From an uncultured Chloroflexia bacterium (GTDB taxonomy: Bacteria; Chloroflexota; Limnocylindria; Limnocylindrales; CSP1-4), in NCBI GenBank assembly GCA_963752475.1, contig CAVVYR010000006.1, positions 704,001-768,000 on the forward strand: a stretch of DNA of 64,000 nt. The letters run 5' to 3'. The translations under genes were made by a program, and so were the position numbers. Below the pieces are notes generated by a model. That model did no database searches. It was not told where the DNA came from and saw only the letters and a list, made by a program, of their open reading frames with translations. Shown in pieces: positions 9,646-19,310 of this stretch; position 1 is the first letter of the stretch; every line of letters begins with the position of its first letter.

Positions 9646-10083
9646 TCAGACGAGGAGCTCGCCCGAGATCTCCGGGGTCACGAGGAACATCAGGATGATG
9701 TTGGCGATGACCGACGTAAGCGGCCACGAGCCCGGCCCCTGTCGGATCCAGGGCACGACCACCCCGTAGGACAGGAAGATGCCGATGTTGGCGATGCCGT
9801 TCCAGTCCTCCATGCCCGCCGCCAGCATCGCGCCGGCGGTGATGAAGACCATCACCACGAATAGCGCCAGCAACCCGAGGGCTTTGCCCACGCGTCCTCG
9901 GATGGTGATGTCGCCCGGCAGGATCCACTTGCCGTCGCCGACGCCGGTCGGCACCGAGGACCACGCAGCCAGGAACCAGATGAAGTGCGAGATCCCGTGT
10001 GCCCAGAGCATGAGCACCACGAGGATGTAGGAAGAGGTCGTCCAGCACACACAGAAGCCTAGCGCCTGCGGGCTGGCGATCAC
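9646..10083 (-). CDS. Hypothetical membrane protein (about 4 TM; start uncertain)
   Basis: Hydrophobic helices, AHGISH motif. Confidence 0.65.
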   Translation of the reverse strand: MIASPQALGFCVCWTTSSYILVVLMLWAHGISHFIWFLAAWSSVPTGVGDGKWILPGDITIRGRVGKALGLLALFVVMVFITAGAMLAAGMEDWNGIANIGIFLSYGVVVPWIRQGPGSWPLTSVIANIILMFLVTPEISGELLV

Positions 10084-10144
10084 CGCCAGTGACGGGCGAC
10101 GAGAACCTCCTGGATGTGGAGCTCGCCTGGTAGCGAGCTCCGGC

Positions 10145-11374
10145 TCAGGCGTCGGCGCCGCCGACCGCCGGTAGCGAGCGCACGAGGTCGGCTACGAATT
10201 CAGCCGCGTCAGCCACGATCGCCGGATCGACCAGCTCGAGCGTGTCCTTGTCGGTGTGTGTGACGGTCTCGCACAGGCGGCGAAAGTCGGTCGAGGTCAT
10301 GGCCACGGCCGGTCGACCATGGCCGGCCACGATGCTGTGGTCGCTCTCGTACCAGGCCTCGCCGAGCGAGACCGTCCCGTGCCGCCGAACGACCCGATGG
10401 ATCAGCTCGGAGCCGCGCTCGCTGACCGCGTACATCGAGACCGCTGTGGAGGCGCCCCTGGAGCCGATGGCGTCCATGTTGACCGTGCCCAGGAGTTCGT
10501 CCCAGCGGCCCTCGTTGGCGGCCACGAAGAGATGCTCCCCGGTGCTGGCGTAGTAGTCCTCTCCGTTCATGGGGATGAGTTCGACCAGATACGGGCCGTC
10601 GTAGTCGGCGAGCAGTCGTGCGGTGCCCAGGAGCGCGGCCACGCCAGTGGCGTTGTCGAGGGCGCCTGGCGATCCGCCCTTGGAGTCGATGTGCGCCATG
10701 ACGATCGCCCGAGGTGCGCCCTGCGGGCCACGGCGAGCGGTCAGCTGCCGCGCCGGGAGCGTGAAGCGCTTCGAGTCGATCGTGAGCTCGGCGGTCTTGC
10801 CTGCGAGCGGAAGCAGCTGCTCACCGATGACGTCGGTGGTGTAGGCGTTGGGCAGGTCGAAATCGCCGTCCTCGATGAGGGGGTAGGGATAGAGGCCGCC
10901 ACCCATGCCGCCGCCCCGTCCGGTAGCGCCGATGACCGCCGCCGGCGACCCGGCCTCGAGTAGCTCGTAGATGCGCCGGTGCTCGGGTGCCTCGATGAAG
11001 TCGAACGACTTGGGGAACAGCTGGTCAGCCGCGATGGTCCCGTGCAACAGCACGAGGGCGCCTTCGATGGAGGCGCCCTCGAGCGCCTCGAGTGAGTCGA
11101 TCGGCAGCAGCGGGGCGCTCGTCTCCACCGGCACGGTGTACGGCCCGGGCAGGACCTCGAACGGGTGGCCATCGATGCTCAGGCTCGCTGGGCCCAGCTC
11201 AGCGTCGAGCACCTCGAAGTCCACGGACTCCACGGCCCATCCGTGCGCTTCGAGTTCGGCCGCGACGTAGTCGTTGGCAGCGACGTTGCCGGGACGACCG
11301 GGATGACGGTCGGGGAAGCCATCGACGAGGGCGGAGAGGTGCCGCTCGACGGCGACCGTGAGTGACTCAGGCAT
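10145..11374 (-). CDS. M28 family aminopeptidase with PA-like insert
   Basis: AHIDS, GALDNATG, GED, MDAIG, SDH and HTDKD zinc-site motifs; downstream hairpin at 10118-10141. Confidence 0.88.
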   Translation of the reverse strand: MPESLTVAVERHLSALVDGFPDRHPGRPGNVAANDYVAAELEAHGWAVESVDFEVLDAELGPASLSIDGHPFEVLPGPYTVPVETSAPLLPIDSLEALEGASIEGALVLLHGTIAADQLFPKSFDFIEAPEHRRIYELLEAGSPAAVIGATGRGGGMGGGLYPYPLIEDGDFDLPNAYTTDVIGEQLLPLAGKTAELTIDSKRFTLPARQLTARRGPQGAPRAIVMAHIDSKGGSPGALDNATGVAALLGTARLLADYDGPYLVELIPMNGEDYYASTGEHLFVAANEGRWDELLGTVNMDAIGSRGASTAVSMYAVSERGSELIHRVVRRHGTVSLGEAWYESDHSIVAGHGRPAVAMTSTDFRRLCETVTHTDKDTLELVDPAIVADAAEFVADLVRSLPAVGGADA

Positions 11375-11459
11375 GTGACGACCTTGCAGCGGGGCCGACG
11401 GGCGGGGAAGGGACCTTCGGCTCTGGATTGGTTGGGCGCTCGACCGCGACGATGATGAG

Positions 11460-11969
11460 ATGACGACTCAGATGCGGCTCCTTCACTGGCTCCTGCGAAC
11501 GCTCAGTGACCGCATCATGCTGCCACTCTTCGAGCTCCTCGGTGGGACGATGGACACCACCCTCGGCGGACGGATGTGCGTCCTGCACACGGTCGGCCGC
11601 CGGAGCGGCAAGCGTCGCGAGATCCCGCTGAACTACGTACCCACGACAAGGGGCGTGGGGCTGCTCGCCGGTTTCGGGCGCTCCGCGGGGTGGGTTCACA
11701 ACCTGCGGGCCCAGCCGCGAGCATCACTGCTCGTGGGTGATCGCACCTACGAGGTCACCGCCATGGAGCTCGACGAGCAGAGTCAGGCCATCGCTGTGAC
11801 CCGCGGCGTGCTCAAGAACGCCGGGTTCATGGGGTTCGTCTACGGCTGGGATCCGCGGCGGGCGAGCGACGAGCAGGTCGGCGCGGTCGTCGCCGAGACC
11901 TACGCCTTCCACCTCGTGTTCGACGAGCCACCAGCGTGGACGCAGGCGCAGGCCGAGCAGAACGGCTAG
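11460..11969 (+). CDS. Deazaflavin (F420)-dependent nitroreductase family (Ddn-like) protein
   Basis: LHTVGRRSGKRREIPL and WVHNLRAQP motifs. Confidence 0.85.
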   Translation: MTTQMRLLHWLLRTLSDRIMLPLFELLGGTMDTTLGGRMCVLHTVGRRSGKRREIPLNYVPTTRGVGLLAGFGRSAGWVHNLRAQPRASLLVGDRTYEVTAMELDEQSQAIAVTRGVLKNAGFMGFVYGWDPRRASDEQVGAVVAETYAFHLVFDEPPAWTQAQAEQNG

Positions 11970-11978
11970 GCTGCCTCG

Positions 11979-12350
11979 ATGCGCGTCCCCGATTTCCTCG
12001 TTCGCCAGTTCTACGTCAAGGGCAGCTTGCGGCCGGAGGGTGATGGCTTCAGCCTTCAGGCTCGCAACGGCATGGGTAACGGCACGATCGTGGGCATCGG
12101 GAGCGTGACGATGGACGGCCAGATCATCGACCCGGCCGGGATCACGGCCGCGCTCGCGGGCAGTGACACGGCGTACCGTGCGACTGAGGTCTCTCGGCGA
12201 ACGCCGGTCTCGTTCAGTCGAGGCGACGTGGTCACGTTCCACATCGCCGGGCATCCGCTGACGGCGGGCGAGCACCGCTTCGAGGTCGAGATCCACGAGC
12301 TGAACCTGGGCCTGGTGCAGCTGGTACTCAAAGACACCGTTCGCGCCTAG
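11979..12350 (+). CDS. Hypothetical beta-rich protein resembling the N-terminal extension of some HMG-CoA reductases
   Basis: VPDFLVRQFYVKGSLR..DGFSLQARN pattern, recalled from memory; TAGGCT -10 six nt upstream. Confidence 0.6.
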   Translation: MRVPDFLVRQFYVKGSLRPEGDGFSLQARNGMGNGTIVGIGSVTMDGQIIDPAGITAALAGSDTAYRATEVSRRTPVSFSRGDVVTFHIAGHPLTAGEHRFEVEIHELNLGLVQLVLKDTVRA

Positions 12351-13087
12351 CCCGCCTCGACCGACTGGAGCAGCTCCAGCGTCGCCTCGACGACCTGCGC
12401 CTGCTGTTCCTCGCGGCTGATGGTGGCGACCCCATCACCTTCCTGCTCGCCGTACCAGCCGAACCCGGCGTGGTTGCCGCCCTGGATCTCCACGAAGACG
12501 GTGTCCGGCGGCAAGCGGTCCCGTGAGGCCTCGATGTCCTCGAGCGTGGTGAGCCCATCCTCCGTGGCGTATATCGATGTGACCAGGAGCTCTGACTCCG
12601 AGAGGTCGGTGCCGTCTTGCGGGTAGGACGCCCACAGCGCGAGCCCCTCGACCGGGTCGTTGTCCATGGCGTAGTCGGCGGCCATGACGCCGCCGAGCGA
12701 GTGGCCGCCGATGACCCACTGCTCGATCTCGGGATAGGCCTCGATGATGTCATCGGCCGTGTCCGGCGCCAGGACTGCCAGACCGAACGGCATCGAGGGC
12801 ACCACCGACAGGTAACCCTCGGCAGCGATGGCGCGCGCCGGCGGGGCGTAGGCCTCGTGAGGCACACGGCCACCGGGGTAGAAGATGAACCCAGTGTCGG
12901 TCGGCTCGGCCGGCGTGAACGTGAGCCACGGATCCTCCGAGGCCGTGACGGTATCCTGCGACTCGACCGCGGCCCGCGCCTCCGGCATGGGATCGACGAG
13001 GTCGGTGAGCCAGGCGAAACCGACGGCCCCAAGGGCCAGCACGGTCGCGACGGCGATGCCAAGGATGAGCTTCCAGTGACGACGCAT
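12347..13087 (-). CDS. Alpha/beta hydrolase (carboxylesterase-like) with N-terminal membrane anchor
   Basis: FYPGGRV, GHSLGG nucleophile elbow, DG, GGNHAGFGWYG. Confidence 0.9.
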   Translation of the reverse strand: MRRHWKLILGIAVATVLALGAVGFAWLTDLVDPMPEARAAVESQDTVTASEDPWLTFTPAEPTDTGFIFYPGGRVPHEAYAPPARAIAAEGYLSVVPSMPFGLAVLAPDTADDIIEAYPEIEQWVIGGHSLGGVMAADYAMDNDPVEGLALWASYPQDGTDLSESELLVTSIYATEDGLTTLEDIEASRDRLPPDTVFVEIQGGNHAGFGWYGEQEGDGVATISREEQQAQVVEATLELLQSVEAG

Positions 13088-13149
13088 CGCTGGAGTCTAC
13101 GACGGTCTACGTCATCCGTGGACATCGGGCCCCTGCTAGCATCTCCCCG

Positions 13150-13857
13150 ATGACCACCGCGCAGCATGCCGGGACCCTCGCTGGCCGACGAGGACACACC
13201 CTTGGCGACCACCTCATCCCCTCGAGCCTCGCCACCCGAGCCCCGGCCTGGGCCCGTGACGTCGCCCTGATCGCCGGAGCCGTCATCCTGCTCATCCTGG
13301 GTGCGCGCATCGCCTTCGAGCTGCCGGCCGTGAGCCTTGGCCGCTTCTACGTGCCGGACAATCCGTATGTGCCCATCACGCTGCAGACCTTCGGTGTGCT
13401 CTTCACCAGTGCCGCCCTCGGTGCCAGGCGTGGCTTGAGCGCTACCGGCATCTACCTGCTCATCGGCGCCGCCGGCCTGCCGGTCTTCGCCTTCGAGGGA
13501 TCGGGCACGGCCACGTTCGCCTCGGTCGAGTCCGGCCGGGTCGTGCTCGGGGCCACCGGTGGCTACCTCGTGGGCTTCCTCTTCGCCTCCGCGGCGGTGG
13601 GCAAGCTGGCCGAGCGTGGCTGGGACCGCCGGCTCGGTGGTTCGTTGGGGGCCATGCTCGTCGGTACGCTCACCATCTACGCCTTCGGCCTCAGCTGGCT
13701 GGCGCTCGCGCTCGACCGCGCCGTGACCGATGTCCTTCCGTTCGGCCTCTACCCCTTCGTGCCGGGTGACATCCTCAAGCTGCTGCTGGCCGCTGGGATC
13801 CTGCCGCTCGGCTGGCGCCTGGCCGGGCGCCGGGCATCGGGAGGGAACACCGCCTAG
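13150..13857 (+). CDS. bioY: Biotin transporter BioY
   Basis: VPITLQTFGV, YLLIGAAGLPVFA, TGGYLVGF, PFVPGDILK. Confidence 0.92.
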   Translation: MTTAQHAGTLAGRRGHTLGDHLIPSSLATRAPAWARDVALIAGAVILLILGARIAFELPAVSLGRFYVPDNPYVPITLQTFGVLFTSAALGARRGLSATGIYLLIGAAGLPVFAFEGSGTATFASVESGRVVLGATGGYLVGFLFASAAVGKLAERGWDRRLGGSLGAMLVGTLTIYAFGLSWLALALDRAVTDVLPFGLYPFVPGDILKLLLAAGILPLGWRLAGRRASGGNTA

Positions 13858-13861
13858 ATCG

Positions 13862-14809
13862 ATGGCTGCCATCGTCACCGAGGCGCTCGGCAAGGCCTAC
13901 GGAGGGCACGGCAACCCGCTCCACCGGGCCGTGGAAGTGCGCGCGCTGCACGACCTCTCGATCTCCGTCGAGGAGGGCGAGATCTTCGGCTTCCTGGGCC
14001 CGAACGGCGCGGGCAAGTCGACGACCATCCGATTGCTGCTGGGCTACCTCCATCCTTCGGCGGGTTCGGCCACCGTGCTCGGGCGGGACATCGTCAGCGA
14101 CAACGAGGAGATCCGCCGGCAGACGGGCTACCTGCCCGGTGGCATCGCCTTCTACGACTCCATGACCGGGGCCGAGCAGCTGGCCTACCTCTCGCGGCTC
14201 GACGGCCGGCCCGCGCCACTGCGGGAAGAGCTGATCGAGCGCATGGAGATGTCCCAGCGCGACCTGGACCGGCCGATCCGTGACTACTCGCGCGGCATGC
14301 GCCAGAAGATCGGCATCATCCAGGCCTTCCAGGCCGATCCCGAGCTGGCCGTGCTCGACGAACCCACCGAGGGGCTCGATCCGCTGATGCAGCGCGCCTT
14401 CTACGAGATCCTCGACGACCGCAAGCGAGTGGGCCGCACGATCTTCTTCAGCTCACACGTGCTCAGCGAGGTCGAGCGTGTCTGCGACCGTGTGGCCATC
14501 ATCCGCAAGGGCGAGCTGGTGGCGCTCACCGATATCACCGAGCTGCTCGATCGTCGGCGGCGCTCCGTGGAGATCCGGCTCGCGGGCGAGGCACCCGTGC
14601 TCGAGGGTGTCACGGGCGTCACCGACGTGCGCATCCGTGATGGCGTCCTTACCTGTCAGCTCGAAGGGGAGCCCGGGCCGCTGTTGGCGGCGCTGCAAGG
14701 CGTGGCCATCGACGACCTGCTCCTCGAGCCGGCGCGCCTCGAGGACGCCTTCATGGAGTACTACGCAGACGAGGCCGATCCCTTACCCCAGGAGGGGAGC
14801 GACGGATGA
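13862..14809 (+). CDS. ABC-2 type exporter ATP-binding protein
   Basis: GPNGAGKST, YSRGMRQK, LDEPTEGLD, SSHVLSEVE. Confidence 0.92.
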   Translation: MAAIVTEALGKAYGGHGNPLHRAVEVRALHDLSISVEEGEIFGFLGPNGAGKSTTIRLLLGYLHPSAGSATVLGRDIVSDNEEIRRQTGYLPGGIAFYDSMTGAEQLAYLSRLDGRPAPLREELIERMEMSQRDLDRPIRDYSRGMRQKIGIIQAFQADPELAVLDEPTEGLDPLMQRAFYEILDDRKRVGRTIFFSSHVLSEVERVCDRVAIIRKGELVALTDITELLDRRRRSVEIRLAGEAPVLEGVTGVTDVRIRDGVLTCQLEGEPGPLLAALQGVAIDDLLLEPARLEDAFMEYYADEADPLPQEGSDG

Positions 14810-15612
14810 ACCTGCCGCTGTTGGCCTACACTTTCGGCGCCAACGCGCTGCGCCTGGTGGTCATCGCCGTCGGGCTCGTGCTGATGGGCGTGGTCATGCC
14901 CTTGATGTACTCGGCCTTCGGCTCGGAGATGAGCGAGTTCGTCGACTCGGTACCCTTCTTCAGCCAGATGATGGAGGGCTTCGGCGGCGGCAACGTCCTC
15001 TCGCTGACGGGCTCGATGGCGTTCGCTTTCCAGCACCCCTTCACGCTGTTGCTCGTGGGCATCATGGCCATCGCCTTCCCGGCCCTGGCCATCGCCGGCG
15101 AGCGAGACAAGGGCACGCTGGAGGTCACGCTCTCACGACCGATCTCGCGGCGCGGGCTGCTGCTGACGCTCAACACCGCGGGGGTCGTGTTCGTGGCCAT
15201 CCTCGTCGGCGTGCTGGCCGTCACCATCGGCCTGACGTCCTTGGCGGTCGGCTTCGGCGACGAGGTGAAGATCGCCAACATGACGCAGTTGTGGATGGTC
15301 TCGTCGCTCCTGTTCGTGGCCTTCATGGCGCTCGCCTTCGCCGTCTCGGTCGAGTCGGACCGGGCCGCGCCGGCCATCGGGATCCCGGCCGTCTTCGTGC
15401 TGCTCAACTACCTCGCCTTCACCATCGGCGGCATCTGGCCCGATGTCGCGGTGCTCGAGGACTGGTCGATGTTCAACCTGCTCAAGGCCCAGCAGGTGCT
15501 CACCGACGGAGTGGCCCTGGGCGACCTCGTCGTCCTGCTCGCGTTCATCGGGCTCTTCGTCGGCATCGCCTACTACCGATTCCCGCGCCGGGACCTGCCC
15601 GCGCCGTCCTGA
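14806..15612 (+). CDS. ABC-2 type exporter permease
   Basis: IAGERDKGTLEVTLSRPISR, six TM helices, terminal RRDL. Confidence 0.9.
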   Translation: MNLPLLAYTFGANALRLVVIAVGLVLMGVVMPLMYSAFGSEMSEFVDSVPFFSQMMEGFGGGNVLSLTGSMAFAFQHPFTLLLVGIMAIAFPALAIAGERDKGTLEVTLSRPISRRGLLLTLNTAGVVFVAILVGVLAVTIGLTSLAVGFGDEVKIANMTQLWMVSSLLFVAFMALAFAVSVESDRAAPAIGIPAVFVLLNYLAFTIGGIWPDVAVLEDWSMFNLLKAQQVLTDGVALGDLVVLLAFIGLFVGIAYYRFPRRDLPAPS

Positions 15613-15651
15613 GCCGCCGCGGTGCTCGTGCCTCGCTAGACTGAGCGCGCC

Positions 15652-16689
15652 ATGCATATCAATCGAAGCTTGCTCAACTGGGGCGTGTTCCTCATCGCGC
15701 TGGGCGGCGTGCCGCTCGCCGTCGACCAGGGTTGGATCGAGTCGGACATCGCCGGCGAGCTGGGCCAGCTGTGGCCCCTCATCCTCGTCGGGATCGGACT
15801 CGGTCTCATCCTGCGCTGGACCCCCATCTCGTGGTTCGGGGGCGCCCTCGTGGCCGCGACCTTCGGGATCATCTTCGGCGCCGCCGCGGTCTCTCTGAGA
15901 GACAACGATATCGGGAACGTGTGGGCCGTCATCCCGGCCATCTCCAGCGGCGCCTGTGCGGGCGGCGAGTCCGGAGATGAGATGACGACTCGCGATGGGA
16001 TCGCGTCGAGTGAGGAGTTCCGGCTCGATCTCTCGTTGCCCTGCGGTGAACTGACGGTACAGCGCTCGGCCGAACCGATCTGGCGCATCGAAGCCAGCCA
16101 TGACGCGGGTGAGGCGCCACGCGTCGAGGAGACCGATAGCCCGGCGGGCACGACCGCGATCACCGTCCGCGATGGCGGGGCCGAGGAGATCGCCTTCATC
16201 GGGCGACAGGCGCGCAGTGACTGGGGCGTCGAGGTGCCGGCCGAAGCCGAGCTGACGATGAATCTGACGCTCGACGCTGCTGAGGCGACGGTCGACACGG
16301 GCCCGGGGCCGATCGCTGGTCTGGCGGCCACGCTCAACGCTTCCGACGCCACGTTCGACCTGGGTGAGGCCGACGCACCTGAGCCTATCGACATCGAGCT
16401 GACGCTCAACGCGGCCGACGGGACGTTGGTGCTGCCGGCCGGCTCCGCCAACGCCGCGGTGACCCTGAACGCGTCGTCACTGGAGATGTGCGCTCCCGGC
16501 AGTATGCCGATGGAGGTCGAGCTGACCGAGACGCTCGGCTCGAGCGACCTGGGCGATGCGGGCCTCGAAGAGACCGGTGATGGCACGTGGGCCAGTCCAG
16601 GCTTCTCGAATGCCGGTGAGCACATCCGCCTCGAGCTCACCAACACCGTCTCGTCCTTCTCTCTCGAGCGTCCGGAGGCCTGCTCATGA
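15652..16689 (+). CDS. LiaF/LiaG-like cell-envelope stress protein (TM domain plus beta-solenoid)
   Basis: WGVFLIALG...LWPLILVGIG N-terminus and repeated LNA(A/S) strands. Confidence 0.65.
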   Translation: MHINRSLLNWGVFLIALGGVPLAVDQGWIESDIAGELGQLWPLILVGIGLGLILRWTPISWFGGALVAATFGIIFGAAAVSLRDNDIGNVWAVIPAISSGACAGGESGDEMTTRDGIASSEEFRLDLSLPCGELTVQRSAEPIWRIEASHDAGEAPRVEETDSPAGTTAITVRDGGAEEIAFIGRQARSDWGVEVPAEAELTMNLTLDAAEATVDTGPGPIAGLAATLNASDATFDLGEADAPEPIDIELTLNAADGTLVLPAGSANAAVTLNASSLEMCAPGSMPMEVELTETLGSSDLGDAGLEETGDGTWASPGFSNAGEHIRLELTNTVSSFSLERPEACS

Positions 16690-17144
16690 GCCAGTATCCC
16701 GGCGGCCAGCAGCCGCCGCCCCAGGATCCCTACTACGGCCAGCCGCCGGCAGACCCGTACGCGCCGCCCGCGCCTCCGCAAGATCCCTACTACGGCGCGC
16801 CGCCCCCAGCCGATCCCTATGCGCCCCCTCCCGATCCGTACTACGGCGGTCAGCCGCCCGAGGGTGCGCAGCCCGGTCAGCCCGGTCAGCCCGGTCAGTA
16901 CCAGCAGCCGGGTTGGGGGTCGCCACCGCCACCACCGCCACCGGCTGCCCGTCGCCGTAACGGGGGATCGGGTGCGGCCATCTTCGGCATCCTCCTGGTC
17001 ATCGTCGGCGTGTGGGTGCTCTTCGGCGACCGGCTCGACATCGATCTCGACTGGAGCGAGGTCTGGCCCATCGGCGCGGTCGTCATCGGCGGGCTGATGG
17101 TGCTTGCGTCGCTGGTCCCCGGACGAGGGGAGCGCGAGGGCTGA
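16686..17144 (+). CDS. Pro/Tyr-rich repeat protein with C-terminal LiaF-like TM hairpin
   Basis: DPYY/DPYAPP and QPG repeats, then FGILLVIVGVWVL...WPIGAVVIGG. Confidence 0.75.
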   Translation: MSQYPGGQQPPPQDPYYGQPPADPYAPPAPPQDPYYGAPPPADPYAPPPDPYYGGQPPEGAQPGQPGQPGQYQQPGWGSPPPPPPPAARRRNGGSGAAIFGILLVIVGVWVLFGDRLDIDLDWSEVWPIGAVVIGGLMVLASLVPGRGEREG

Positions 17145-17169
17145 TCCGGTCCTGCGCGACCGACGCGAC

Positions 17170-17198
17170 AGAGCCGGCCCCGCGGGTGGGCCGGCTCT
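17170..17198 (+). terminator. Hairpin terminator
   Basis: AGAGCCGGCCC...GGGCCGGCTCT. Confidence 0.6.
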
Positions 17199-17353
17199 CG
17201 TATGTCAGGGTCGTACGGGTCCCGACATCGATGATGTTCGCCGCTGAGGATGATGGCGGCGAGCGGATGACTGGCTGAACCTATCCCGACCGCACCGCAC
17301 CGAACATGGCCCCATCGGGCCCCGGGGGGTGACCCGACCGTACGCAATCCTGC

Positions 17354-17767
17354 GTGTTGCCTGCACGCACCACTCGCGGCTTCGATGTCGGCATCGAGAG
17401 GGAGGTGGGCGTGGAGCTCGTGCTCGGGTGGTTCGATCTCAACGAGTCCGTGTCGGGCATCGGCCCGGCGGCTTCCGGCGGGATGCCGCCGGTGCAGCAG
17501 GTGCTGCTCTACCTCGTGGTCGTGGCGGGAGTGGTGCTGTCGGAGGCCGTGGCCATGGCGCGGGCCGGAGGGCCCGTTCGCGTCGAGCTGAGCCGACCCT
17601 GGCTCCTCGTCGCCTGTGTGATCGCGCTGGTCGTGTTCCCTGCGGTGTGGCACGAGATCGGCGCCATGGATGAGGCCAGCCTGCTGGTACAGATGGGCAT
17701 GGCGGCGCAGGGCGGGGTCTTCTGGGGCGTGATCATGGCCGGTGCCGAGAAGGGTGTCGGAAGCTAG
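17354..17767 (+). CDS. Small hypothetical membrane protein (true start may be the GTG at 17411)
   Basis: Three hydrophobic segments; GGAGG before GTG. Confidence 0.6.
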   Translation: MLPARTTRGFDVGIEREVGVELVLGWFDLNESVSGIGPAASGGMPPVQQVLLYLVVVAGVVLSEAVAMARAGGPVRVELSRPWLLVACVIALVVFPAVWHEIGAMDEASLLVQMGMAAQGGVFWGVIMAGAEKGVGS

Positions 17768-17772
17768 GTCGG

Positions 17773-18813
17773 TCAGGCAGCGGCGACGTTGCAGGCGTCA
17801 AGCGCGACGACCGCACGCAGGGTGATGATGGGACTGCCCTTCGAGCGACTCCGCCGTTCGGGCGCCGGGAGCTCTCGCGGACGGAACGTCTGTCGAAGCG
17901 GCCACGTGCCGTCAGGCAGCTGCGCGTTCATGAGCACGTCGATCGCGGGCTGCATCCGCCGGTCGGGCGCTCCTGTATGTGCCACGAGATCGAGGACCTC
18001 GATGAGGTCGGTGTGCCAGTCGAGCGGGTAGGTGGGCTGCAGCCAACGGTCAGGCTCCGCGCCGGAGACGCCGATGGGCACGACCTCGCCGTTGGTGCGG
18101 TACATCAGGCGCCGCTCGAGGTAGGCCTCGCGGATGGCCTCGGCGAGCTCGGTTGCTTCCGCGTCTGTCTCGCGCGCGCCCCAGGCTGCGAGGGCGCGGC
18201 CAGTCTTGACAAGCCCGATGAGACAGGTGGTGTCCCTGAGGCAGCCGCCATAGCGCGAGCGCAGCCGTGCATCCCACTCCTGAGCGGGTCGAGATCTGCG
18301 AGATACGCCGGAGACGCTGACGTCCTGGTAGTCCTTGATCCAATCGATCTGTGGTCGAGCCAGGTCGGCCCGGCCGCCGAGTAGGTAGAGCTCGGCTGCG
18401 ATACCGGCGTAGCAACTGAGCACGCTCGCGTCGCGGCCGTCGAGGCCCAGTACGCCGCTCGCGGTATGGGAGCGCTCGGCCAGGAACTCGACCGCGCGAT
18501 GCCAGCCCGGGTGAGAGTCGTCCACGCCCAGCTCGGCCAGGGTCTTGGTCATCCACAGCGTAGAGAGCACGCGTCTTGGGCTCTCGTCCTCGCCACCCCA
18601 GCTGCCGTCGGCGTGCTGTGCCTCGAACGCGGCGGTGATGAGAGGTGTGGCGAAGACGGCCTCGCGCAGCCTGCGTACGGCATCAGGGGCCGAACCGAAC
18701 CGGAGCTCTAGCTGCAGGTCGATGATGGGGTCACCGAGGCTGCGCAGGAACGTCATGGCGGCCGTGGTCGACGGCAGGGCCAGCCGTCCGTCCGTCCTCG
18801 ATCGTGGGGTCAT
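17773..18813 (-). CDS. Prenyltransferase/squalene-cyclase repeat (alpha-alpha toroid) protein
   Basis: QW-like repeats QHADGSWG and QLPDGTW; YPLDWHTDLIEVL; C-terminal SPIITLRA. Confidence 0.7.
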   Translation of the reverse strand: MTPRSRTDGRLALPSTTAAMTFLRSLGDPIIDLQLELRFGSAPDAVRRLREAVFATPLITAAFEAQHADGSWGGEDESPRRVLSTLWMTKTLAELGVDDSHPGWHRAVEFLAERSHTASGVLGLDGRDASVLSCYAGIAAELYLLGGRADLARPQIDWIKDYQDVSVSGVSRRSRPAQEWDARLRSRYGGCLRDTTCLIGLVKTGRALAAWGARETDAEATELAEAIREAYLERRLMYRTNGEVVPIGVSGAEPDRWLQPTYPLDWHTDLIEVLDLVAHTGAPDRRMQPAIDVLMNAQLPDGTWPLRQTFRPRELPAPERRSRSKGSPIITLRAVVALDACNVAAA

Positions 18814-18942
18814 GCTCGCGACGGTGGCAGGGGAGGTGCCGGCGCCATAGGGCGCATCGGCACATCCGGGCTGTCCGTTGGTCGCGGGCGCGTTAGCCTC
18901 TGCGGCGACGCATCCGTCACAGCGATCACGAGGAGCGCGAGC

Positions 18943-19239
18943 ATGGGCCCACTGGCCGCGATCTACCACCCGGGCGGCGCCGACCCCAACGGCTACCCCG
19001 TGACAGCCATCGATCTCATCACCACCTGGTCTGAGCAGACCGGCACCATCACCGAAGTCGTGTGCGTGACGACCGACGGTGCCATCCATACCTTCGAGGC
19101 CAGCAAGGTCCAGATCGTCGACCGAGCCGTGGCCGAGGCCATCGCCATGGCCTCGGACATGAACGAGAAGCAGCGCGGGCACTCCGGCCCGGTGCCGCCG
19201 CCTGCCGCCGCACGTTCGGTGAAGCTCGACCGGGGCTGA
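18943..19239 (+). CDS. Hypothetical protein (98 aa)
   Basis: AGGAG SD, GC3-rich codons. Confidence 0.65.
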   Translation: MGPLAAIYHPGGADPNGYPVTAIDLITTWSEQTGTITEVVCVTTDGAIHTFEASKVQIVDRAVAEAIAMASDMNEKQRGHSGPVPPPAAARSVKLDRG

Positions 19240-19310
19240 GTCGTTCGGCGCCCCGGGACCGGGACTTCGGGGGTAGGGTCACGGGCCGAGCGGTGACAGA
19301 CCATCGGCAC

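Noticed and set aside
17200-17350. Possible attenuator or small RNA in the intergenic region
   Set aside because: Only weak hairpins and an 8-codon ORF are present, with no recognisable motif or second copy.
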